A stretch of DNA of 20,000 bases from an uncultured virus (IMG/VR IMGVR_UViG_3300032226_000438) (Duplodnaviria; Heunggongvirae; Uroviricota; Caudoviricetes; Crassvirales). The stretch lies in the IMG/VR virus record IMGVR_UViG_3300032226_000438; one strand, given 5' to 3'. The translations under genes were made by a program, and so were the position numbers. Under the pieces are notes generated by a model. That model did not search any database and was not told the origin of the DNA. It saw nothing but the letters and a program-made list of their open reading frames with translations. This document shows positions 1-12,000 of the stretch, in pieces (the first letter of the stretch is position 1; each line of letters opens with the position of its first letter).

Positions 1-3000
1 TAATTCTTTATTACGAGCTAACATAATTATATCTTTTTGATTTTTTTGGTAAGTAGCTATTGAATAATAATCTGAAGAATCATTTTTACTATTACCTATA
101 CCATAAGATGAACCATATTTTTTAAGAGATTTTTTTCTTAATATATCATAAGATGTATTAGTAGATGTTAATCCATTAATATCAATAATTTCTCCAATAA
201 AACCATCAGCAATGTTTCTCATCGCTTTATCTTTACCATCACCTTCTGGAGTTCCTTTACCAGTATTATCAAATCCTCCTTTATAACCTTGAAAACCTGA
301 TACTATAATAGGATTTAATTCACTACCTAATTCATTTACATCTTCTTCTTCAAATGCTTTATTATCATCTACTATAATTACATTGTTATAATCATCCATA
401 ACATCATTATATATATTATAATATAATGGAGATACTTCAATGTCACCACTTCTTTTACCAAGTAATGTTATTTCTTTAGTATTTTCTTCTCTATCAACAC
501 TAACATTATTATTATTAAAAGTATTTTTAGGAAAGTTATACTTATCTAATATCATGTTTAATACGTTAACACCTGTTGCAGGATTGTTAACTAATTCAAC
601 TATTTTATTATTTAATAACTTTGAATAGTTTTTTAATACATCAGTATAAAATTCAACTGGTATTAAGTGATTAAAACTATCTCTAGTAGTATCAAATCCT
701 GTAGTGCGTAATGAATATACAGCTAGTAATTCACCAACAAATTTAGCATCATCATTATTACTCTTTAATAAGTTTCTCCAATCTTGAGTAATTCTATCTT
801 GTTGGTCTTTGTCTTTAAAATCAACACTAAGAACTTGTAATTTTAAACCTTCACCTACATAACTTTTATCTATTTGTAAAGCATTAATAAATAAATTGTC
901 TGCGTATTTTGATTTTATTTTTAAGAATGCTTCTTCATTTAAAGATTTTAATTGACTATCCATTTTATTAAAATAATCACTTTGACTTTCTACAGTAGCT
1001 TTATAATATAAAGCATTGTATAACTTACCAAGAATCTTATCATCAATCTTTTTAATAAAGTTTCTCGATTCAATAAGTGTTCTAAATGAAGTTAGTTCTT
1101 TTAAGTCTGAGTTAAAAAACTCTGGAAGGCTTAATAATTTATTTACTATATCATTCTGTTCATTAATAAACATGTTAAATCTTGTAGTAAACATTTTCTC
1201 ATCTCCAAAATGATTTTTAATTGATTCTACATCAAAGTATTTTACTTCTGGATTTTTAACATAATTATTATAGTTTACAATATCTATATAATTCTCAAAG
1301 TAAGTAGGTTTACCACCACGATTACCTCTTTGTATATATGTTACAATATCATTAAATTCTTTACCTAATTGTTCGAGAATATAATAATTACGATATATTA
1401 TTTTTTCTATTTCAAGAAGTTCTGCACCAGCTTTTACATCATTTATTTCAATGTTTTTACGATTTTTAATATACTTTATAATACTATTCATATCAATATC
1501 AATAGTAACATTGTTACCTTTGTCAACATCAGCAGCTATAAGTTTCTTTTGTTCTGGAGTTAACATTGATTTACTAAGCATATTAGTAAATGCTTTATTA
1601 AAATATATTACATCTTCTAATGGATAACCTAAATGTAATGCTGCCATTGCTATATTAGCATTACTAGGATTTAATCCAAAATAACTAATCAATGGATTCT
1701 TACCATTATCTACAACTGCTGATAGTATTGTACTAAAAGCTCTTACTATAGTATTTTCATTATTAAAATCATATATACTTGATAAATCAACTTTAATATT
1801 TTCTAACTTTCCTGCATGCTTAATTGTTAATGTATCTAATAATTTAATTCCTGATTGTTGTATAATAGCTCTAGCAGCATTATGATTAGCAGCAATACCA
1901 GTCATATCTTTACCAACATTCATAGCCATTACAGTATCAATCCATAATGAAGGGTCTATAAATGTTCTAGCATTTCCATTTAATATAGACTTTTTATCAT
2001 TATCAGTTTTTTTATCGAATATATCTACAGTAACATTCTTATCAATAAATTCTTGATTCTCATCAAGCATATCATAGAATCTCATGTTTAATACAGCATC
2101 TTCTATAACTTTAAAACCTCCAGGAATAAGTTGTGATTTTAATGTTGTAGGATGTGATAACACAGCTCTCATTATATCTAACTTAGTATTATCAGATTTT
2201 AATGAATTATTATACATATTATAAGCTATCATAGCATTATTGTATGCTGTACTACCTTCTCTTAATACATTAGTATATTCATTATTATATTTATCTACTA
2301 TACTATTATATTCTTTTAATATTTCTTCAGGATAATTATTTCTATCATTACCATATTGTGATGTAATATTATTTATTAACTGATTTTTTGCTTTACTTTT
2401 AGATTTAAAATATACTTCATTAATATAATCTTCGTACTTTAATTCTGTTGATTTAAAGAATCCAAACATTTTATCTATGTCAAAATCTAATCCTGATAAT
2501 GCAGTAACCATTGGTGGCATAATAATAGCACTATCATCATTAGGTAAGAATCCTACAATCTTAACTTTAAACATAGAATATTTATCTTCAGTAGGAATAC
2601 GATATAGTAACCCTTCTAGTAATTCAGGATATGTGCTTCTTAAAGCATCCATATCTACAGTCTTTGATACTTTATCTACAAATTCATATATCTTTTTATC
2701 ATGAATAGGTGCGATAATTTCAAAATGGTCTATACCTAATGCTGGAGTTTCAATACCATTTTTATCAACATTCCATACTATTCTAGGTTTATTTTTAAAA
2801 CCATAAGATGATGCGTTAGCAGCTTTAAAACCTTTAACAAACTTTCTTACTGTAACATTATTTTTAAATATAGCATTGGTTTTAGGTTGTACTCTATTAG
2901 TTACAAATGGATGTGCTAATGGTAAACTTGTAATTAAATTACCATCTTCATCATAAGTAAATTCTAATGCTTTTTGCATATTAATAGTATCTTCAGACAT

Positions 3001-6000
3001 TTCTTCTTGAAGTACTTTAACAAACTTTTCTACATTAAAATCTTTACCATCACCATATTTTTCTTTTAATTCTTTAAGAGATATATTAACATCTTCAACT
3101 AGTATCTTATTATACATAGTTATGATTGCATCTTTAGTAGTTACTTTACCAGCTATATTAAATGTAGCATCATCAGGAATATCAGCCATTATCAGTTTCA
3201 TTAGCTGAGTACCATAAATACTTTCTTTACTAAAGTGTCCTTTAGGTGTTTCATTTTGTTTCTTCCAGAATCTAAATGGTACTGTAATAGTATGACCTTT
3301 CATATTACTATCAACTGGAGCATACATATTATTTCTATCATCTGTGATATCAGTACTTGGGTCTTCTGTTTTATCTGAAATAGGTAATCCTACTTTTACA
3401 GCAGTATTAAATACTACTAAATCTGAAATCCTTTTATTTTCAACATATTTTACAGTATGTGTAGTATCATTAAATTCGTAACCAAATTTATTTTGTAATA
3501 TGTTTCTATAAAAAGCATTGTAATTAGGATTATCTATAAATTCACCTTTTTCATTTTTAAGTTTTTGTAAACCATAATAAGGAGTTATCAGCATTTCTGA
3601 ATCCTTTATTTGAAATGGTTCATTATAAAAGCTCTTATTATCCTCTCTTTTAATACCACTACCATTATAAAAATAAAATGGTTTTATAGTTGTAAATCTT
3701 GAATCTGTACTTACTTTATTATTAGCTACATTATAACCCACAATTGAATTTCCAATCATAAGTTCATCCATTATAAGTTGGTCTGCATCAGTCCAATCTC
3801 TTAAACCTACCATTCTTTGTCTATAAGCAATAGGGTCTATATATGCTTGAGCATCAGTTTCTGAAGTATTATCAAATTGTGTTAATACATCTTGTTTTCT
3901 AATACTTAATAATGCTTGTTCAATTTCTCTATACTGTGGGTCTTGTGTAAAGAAATCATCTACATCATTAAGTATAGTAATTCTCATTTCTGTATCATCC
4001 TTTAATATAACTTTATCAGCTGTATTCTTAGGATTAGTATATGATGCAGTCATATCCATATCTATACCTGGAGATATGTTTTGTTTAGCTCTTTTAAATA
4101 CTTCTTCAATACGAGGATAGTATGATGGGTCATTAATAGTTAATAGTGTAATGTTTACATAAGATGCAGTAAATCTTTTAAGAAAATTATTTATTTCTTT
4201 TTTAGTATGAAGTATATTATCTGCTTTAATTTTATTTAAAAAATCTGTTCTTTCTTTAGGAGTTAACTTAAGACCTGGTTTTATAAACGGTTTAGCATAT
4301 CCTTGTATTTTTGATTTTAATAAACCTTCATTATCTATTATATCTAAACTCGTAAGATATTTAATAAACTCATTAGAACTTTCTTCAAAGTATTTATCAA
4401 ATGCTTTCTTTACATTAAACTCATTAAATTCAAGTTTATCTTCTTTAAGAATTTTATCTATAGCTTTAAAGATTACATATTCTGAACCATTTTTTCTATA
4501 ACTTTTAACGTCTCTATCTCTATTTCCTATAGATTCAATTCTATCTTTTTCAAATAACATTAAGTTATATAACTCTTTATCTATATCAATATTTCTACCA
4601 ATAGGTACAACATTATTTACAAACACCATATTACCTGAATCTCCTGGTACTGGTACTGGATAACTATTTTCTTTGTGCATTGATAACAACATTTCAGCTG
4701 CTAACTTTTTATCTAACTTTCCAATAGTTGTTCCTTTATCATTATATTGGTCATCATAACCAATAACTTGTATTACTTCAAATCTATCATCTCTATTAAG
4801 TACAGGAAGTTTTTTAAATAAAGGGTCTTTTCTTAGTTTATCAAAATGTTCTTCTGTATTATTTTGTACATAACCAATAAAGTTACCAGTAGTATCTTGA
4901 TACTGCATAGTCTTTTCTACAGTCATGTGTACAGCATTGCTTGACTTTGGTATATACTTTACTAATTCACGAATAAGTTCTTTAGTTGTAAATCTATATT
5001 TTTCATTATCAAGACCTTTTTCTCTTGTATCAAAAGTATAAGTATTTTTACCATAATTATATCTTTTATAAAAATCATCATCACTTAAAGAATTATATAT
5101 TTCTAAATTCTTATCATATCTAAGTAGTATTTGAGTAAGTATAGTTTCAAATTCTTTTATTTTACTTAAATCAATCTTTTCTTTATTACTTAACATTAAA
5201 GCATTTACTATATCTTTATACTTATATTCAGTCTTAGTTTTAATACCAGCATTAAGCATTGTAGATATAATATTCTCTGCTGATTGTCTATTTGATAATA
5301 CAGGATATATACTTTGTTTTTTATCTTTTATAACAGTTTTATAAGTAACTCTAATTTTATTACCAATAGCTACATATAGTTGTCCATATAATTCATCAGC
5401 ATTTTCACTATTATCAATATATGATTTAAGTCTTTTTATATACTCTATAGACTTAGAATATAATCCCATATTATATTTTAAATCATCAACATTTTTAGAG
5501 TTAACTAACTTATCTACAGTCATAGCATAAGCTGTATTAAGTTTATAATTAAGATTAATATTTAAACCTAAATTATCTTTTTCATCACTAATAATAGACT
5601 GTAATAATATTTTAGTATTCTTATTTAATGTAGTAGTAGGAAACTGGAATGTCTTAACTATTGACCATGCTTCTTTAGAATCTTTTTCTTCTTCTACTAT
5701 TGAAATATCTTCTGAATCTTCATGAGAATATGATTCATTTTCTATATCAACATTGTATCCATAGACTTTTAGTCCTTTAAGAATAGTAGAATAAAGTTTT
5801 CCAGAATCAGGTTTTACTTTGGTGTTTTTTACTAACACAAACTCGTTCTCTTCAGTAAGTTCTATAGCTTGTATATCAGGTCTTAATGATTTTACAAGTT
5901 TTACTACAGTAGTAAGATTAGCAGCATTAGTTTTTTCTAATAACAATAATACTAATTCATTTAAAAAGAAATTCTTTTCTGTTGAACCTTTAATAATAGA

Positions 6001-9000
6001 TATTAATTTATTAGGGTCATCGAAATCCAACTTCTTTTCTTGTATTGCTAATGCTAATAATGCTCTACTTGCATCAGCTAATGTAACTTGGTCTAATTCA
6101 GGTTCATTATCTAAGAAGTAAGCATCATCTACTTTACTATAAAACTCTCTTATTAATTTATTATTAGTATTTAATTCTATTTTTAAATCTTCTATATAAT
6201 TATATAATACACTAAAGTCTTTAATCCTTTCGCTATTATACATAGCATCTCTAATAAATTCAGCATCACTTAAATACTTTTTTCTTAAATCCTTTATTGT
6301 ACTATTATTAGTATTTTTAAGAATATGTGCTATTACATTATATTTATCTAAATCATTAATACTACTTAAAGACCTTACAAATTCATTAAATGATTCAGTA
6401 TAACTTACATCACTTTTATCTTGAAATTTGTTAGTTATCTCTGCAACAAACTGTGGTACTTCAGTAGATTGACTTCTATAATATGTTTCATAATTTAATG
6501 GTTTTCTAATACTCTTTTTAACATCATCATCTAATATTAAAAATCTACTAGTATATACTCTATCTGTTTCTTCATAAAATAATCCTTCTGCTATTAATGG
6601 TTCTTCTTTTATTGCTTCATCAAAATCTCCAGTAATAGGTTTAGAAGGTGTTGTTCCAAATACATATTGTACATTAACATAAGGGTCTCTATCTACATTA
6701 GTTATGAGATATTCAGACATTAATTTCTCACGATAATCTCTTTTAGATACTAAATCTTCAAAGTTAATTACCATGTTTTTATCATTAATATTATATTTAT
6801 TAATGAAATCATCATAACCTTTAATACTATTAACAAAATCAGTAGGAGTACTATATGTAAAATTAGTATAGTTATTTAATATTTCATCTATTACTCCTTT
6901 TAATTTAGATTCATTTAAATAAACACCTTCAACAATACTACTACTTTCTGCTAATTCAATAAGTTCAGTTATTTTATTTTTTAATCCTTTTTTATATTCT
7001 TTTGGTGCGTCATTATACTTTTTTAATGTTGCTGGAAGAATTACTGTTTTACCTAATTTATCAGATGTTTTATAGAATACTCTAAACTTATCTTCATAAG
7101 CATCTGTATTATATTCATTTAATATATCATTTTCTTCATTTGTTAAATTCTTTTGTGCAATAATTTCTTTTTTATTAATAACATATACTGTAGGTCTTTG
7201 TGTCTTACTATTTATTCTTTCACTTACAGCTTCATAATCTTTTGTTACATTTAATCCTGTAGTTCTTGCTCCTGTAAACTTTACTCTATCATAATCTATT
7301 TCAACTAATTTACCACTTGATAAATCTACATTACTAGCTAATGACTCTATTTCATTTCTTATGAAATTAGACATCATAATATTTCTTCTAGCTCTAGGTT
7401 TATTATCATCATTTTCTGTAGTATAAGCATATATAGATTGCTTTAATGTATTCATTAAACCGACTGGAATATATTGAGGTATATCTTGTGAAGTATCTTT
7501 ATAAGCTAATACAATATTTAAATTTCCTTTCTCTGATTTGTGAAGTAATATAGTAGCACTCTTTTTAAATAAATCTTTTTTAGCTTTATTTGTATATAAT
7601 TCTTCAAATTGTGAACGAGTATAATTAGTACCAAGTGTTTCACCATCTAATGTTACAACACCTCTAGCCATTAAATTACCAATAATATTATTTAATCCAT
7701 CATCATCAGTTGCAATTCTAGGATAAAAACTTCCATATATAGCTTCATCTACTGATTCAGCACCAAAGTAATCACCTCTTACAACTAATGTAGAATCTTT
7801 GTACGGATTATAAGTTATATCACTATCTATAAGTCCACTATATTGAAATGAATATTTTGATTCAGCAGTACTAATTTCATCATCAGATAATGGTGTTATA
7901 CCTTCAGTCATAAAGTTTGTTAAATCATCACCATAATTTATAAACTCTACTTTTCTTACAAACTCCTCATCATTTAATAAACTCTCATATATAGTTTTAT
8001 TCTCTAGTATATGAGAATTAGCATTCTTAGGATTTTCATCACTTGTTGGGTCTGATAATATAATAAAATTATCAACTATAGAATATAATTTTGGATTAGA
8101 AACTATTAGAATTTTATTAGGGTCTTTAGTTTTTAATATTTGTTCTACTTCAGGAATAGAATACTTATCATAATCTAAATAAATAATATCTTCACTTCCA
8201 ATATCATTTATAAATTTATCTACATTAACTCCTGGTGAAACATATACAATACTGCCAATATATTTATTCTTTAATTTTCTAAAAGAACCTTTTGTTTTAA
8301 GATTTGTAATATCACGTTTTACTCCTTTCTTTACAACTCCTAAGTCTTTTAATTCCTGAATATCTGTATCAGTTATTTCAGGTTGTTCAGCTGCATTTGT
8401 AAGTAATGGTATTAACTCATTAATATAACTTTTAATATTCTGTTTCTCTTTTAGTGTAGCTTTATTTCTATTAAGATTTTCTGTATTTCTTATTACATCT
8501 ATTACTTTATTTATAAGTTCTAATAGAGAGTTAATTAATTGTTCAAGAATACTTATCTCACGATTAATAAAATTAAGTTTTTCTATAATATCTTGTTTAG
8601 GTATAGATTCTGTTTCATTATTAAACATTTGTTCATAATAATCTTTTTGACCTTGATAGTATTCTAACTTATCTTCATAGAATTGTTTAAGTTTTTCAGC
8701 ATTATCTAATAAATTAGCTTCATTTTCATCAATAATATAAGCCTGTAATTTCTCTATACTTAATGAATCTCCATCAAGACTTTTAAGATTTTCTATCTTA
8801 CTTTCTATATCTGTTACTTTTTCTTTTAATTTGTCTAATGTTAATTCTTTAATATTATTATCAATAGCATTAGCAATAGTTATTACTTCAACACTTGTAT
8901 TATTTTCTTTAGCTTCGTTAACTTCATCTAAAGTAAAATTAATAAGTCGTAATGTATTATCTACTAATTCTTTAATAGAATAATATCCATACATTTCACT

Positions 9001-12000
9001 AGGTATAAAATCTTCATCACTTATCTTTTCAAAACCTAACTGTTGAGCAACTACTAATTCTTCTGCTGATACATTATCACTAATTAAATTTTCATATACT
9101 TTATCAAGTTCTCTGTAAGATTCTTCATTTGCTTTATAATATGAATTACCTGATTTTATAACATAAAAATCATTTTCATAATCAACTTCTTTAGCTGATT
9201 TATATCTTAAATAGTTATTATTAAGATAGTATATTTTATTATCAAGAATAGTAAAGAAACCTTTATTTATTTTAGATAAAAATATAGCTTGTTGTTTATT
9301 ATCAATTTCAGTTTTAAGATTATTAGTAATTTGTTTTCCAGTAATAACTATGTCACTAACTCCTTCTAAACCTCTTGCTGTTTGTATATTACTATACAAC
9401 GTAGCCATTTCTTTAATATCACTTTCTTTTACTTCTTTTAATAATCCTTTATAATCATTATAAAAATCAATAATATCTTTATAGTAAGCAACAAAGTCTG
9501 TTACAGTAAATTGTTTATCTACATTTGACTGAAGTACTTCTTTTTTAAAATGGTCTATTTTAGCTTTAAATATTTTATTAATATTCTTTGGTGTAATTAT
9601 GCCTTCAGTTTTGTTTGTAATTTCTAATACTTCAAATGCTGAATTATAAATCTTTCCACGATACTCAAGAGGATGTATATCAGATATCACCTTCATTGAT
9701 TCCATTGGTGATTCTTTTAACTCTGTTTTAATACCTGTAATAATACCTTCTTCACTACGTTCTAATATATAAGGTATTACACTTATTCCTGAAACTTTAA
9801 AATCAGTTCTATCTTCAAACATATCAGCATAAGCAGATAACTGTACACGATAACCATCTTTTTTTGATAGTGATTCTCCTGTTTTTTCATTATTATAATC
9901 TTTATAAGTTTTTTCATCAAACGTCTTAACATCCATAATATGAATGTTACCTAATCTATCATAAGCAATTAAATCTGTTTCTCCAGCTATATTCTTTTTT
10001 GTTTGTCTTGAGAATAATACTACTCCTTCACTTATAAATGTAAATCCTTTTTTCTCTAAATAATCTTTTCTTTTAGCTATTACTGTAATAGCATCATTTA
10101 ATACTGTTTCATCAGAAAATAAATCTTTATATTTTTTTATTAAACTAGTTCTATTTAATTCTGTAGTTCTAAATATTTCTCTATGTAATGAATCTATAGT
10201 ATTTCCAGGTTTAACATATTTATCTTTAGGAGCAGATTCTGGATATTTACTATTACTAATAGATTGTTTTAATGATGTTGTTGACCTAAACTTTTCACCA
10301 TCTATTTCATAATTACCATTTTCAATTATAGAACCATCAACACCAAGTTGATTTCTTCTTCTAATATCAATACCTTTATTAGATATAACTTCTAATATTG
10401 TAGTTATATCTTCAGGACTCCTTATTCTAAATTTAAGTGATGCTAATTCATTTATCTTTTTATATAAATCTGGTTTTACTTTTTTACCTTTAAGTAATTC
10501 TGTAACTTGAGTAACAGTAAGTGTACCATCATCCATAAGTTCTAGGTATTTATTATTATACCTATCATTTATTTCATTGTATATCTTATTGTTTATATCT
10601 ATTTGACTTTCATATTTCTGTGCTTTAACAAATACTCTTCTATCAAATTCAGGGTCATAGAATTGATTACTTGTATCTATTAATTCTCCATTTATTAACA
10701 TAAATGGAATAGAGTGTAAAGTCGTAGAACCTTCTTCGTAGTATGATAACTTAACTAATTCTCTTTCTTTAAGACCTAACTTTCTAGCAGCTTCTTTTCT
10801 AGTAGCTTTATTTTTATTACCTAATGTAAATGGTGTAAGATTTACATCACTACCTATTGTTTTTATTGCTGGTATTTTAATATCAGCTTTTTCTAATTCT
10901 TTTCTTCTATTACTTTCTATTTTATATACTTCAGGATTAGATAACTCTGCTAACATATCATGTTTAACAATATTCTCAATGTTAGTTCTATCATATACTA
11001 CAAGTCCTTCACCAACAACAATAGCTCTATCTGGAAGTATGATTAATGGTTTATTTGTTTCAGGGTCAGTAACTTTTCTAAAAGTAGTAATTATATCAGT
11101 AGGTTTTATCTTAGATGTCTCTAATTTAAAAGTATCAGATGAATCTTTTAACGACATAAAAAATCCTATATTATCTTCTATTTTGTATAATACATATTCA
11201 TCATTATCAAATCTTATTAAAGTTCCTGTTGTAGGTGTTATATTATATTTTAGTTTATCTCCAGTAACTAATTGATTACTAGATATTCCATTAGAGAATA
11301 AATTCCTAAATCTAAGTTTACTAGGGTCTTCTCTTGTAAGTAATGCTGATGCTTTATTGGCTTCGTATATAGGAAATAATTGATTAATATTCTTTTTATC
11401 TTTATCTTTATATACACTATTAGTTGCTAAAGTATTTATAGGATGTGTTTCATCATATATATTTTCCTTATACAAATTATCTAATATAAGATTGATTTCA
11501 TCAGTTAAATCAGGTCTATCATTTTGTACTTCTTGTAAAAAGTTTATATACTTCTCATCTGTATCAAAATCTTCACTGCCTCTTAATAATTCTAAATCTT
11601 CTATCTTTTCTAATCTTTCTTGTATCTTTCTATCCATACCAGCATACATAGAACCACTTTCTGATTCGTATGCTATAGCTTTAGAACTTGCTATTGATGC
11701 CATTATATCTGCTAACTCCATATTAGCATGATGATTTATTGCAGCTCTATGACTTCTACTACCCCAGCTATATCCTTCTTTAGGTTTATAAGTTGTTTTA
11801 GTTCCACCAATCTCATTCTTTGTTTTTTCAGCTATATATGTAGCTTTACGTTTTCTTATTTCTTGTATATTTCTAAGATTCTTACTAGGAGTTTGCATTT
11901 CATAACTCTCTAATTGAGTTAGTGCGTCTATCTTTAAATCTAATTCATCTATACCTTCAGGCATAGATAAAGTTCCTTTTTTAGTTTCTAATTGTTTAAA

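Noticed and set aside
5710..5724. HEDSE as a possible zincin motif
   Set aside because: It has no second His and sits in an acidic linker.
9770..10315. Cas4 / CRISPR-associated interpretation of the nuclease
   Set aside because: There are no Fe-S cysteines, no cas genes and no repeat-spacer array in the window.
11557..11571. Second DxDxD-like motif (GSEDFDTDEK) in the giant ORF
   Set aside because: It lies in a charged helical region with no upstream RxP motif or barrel strands, so it is most likely a chance match rather than a second polymerase site.
440..11913. Eight short plus-strand ORFs in the track (440, 1016, 1369, 2477, 5819, 10979, 11492, 11728)
   Set aside because: All are antisense to the giant RNAP ORF and have the S/L/I/F-rich composition typical of shadow frames. 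None has a recognisable motif.
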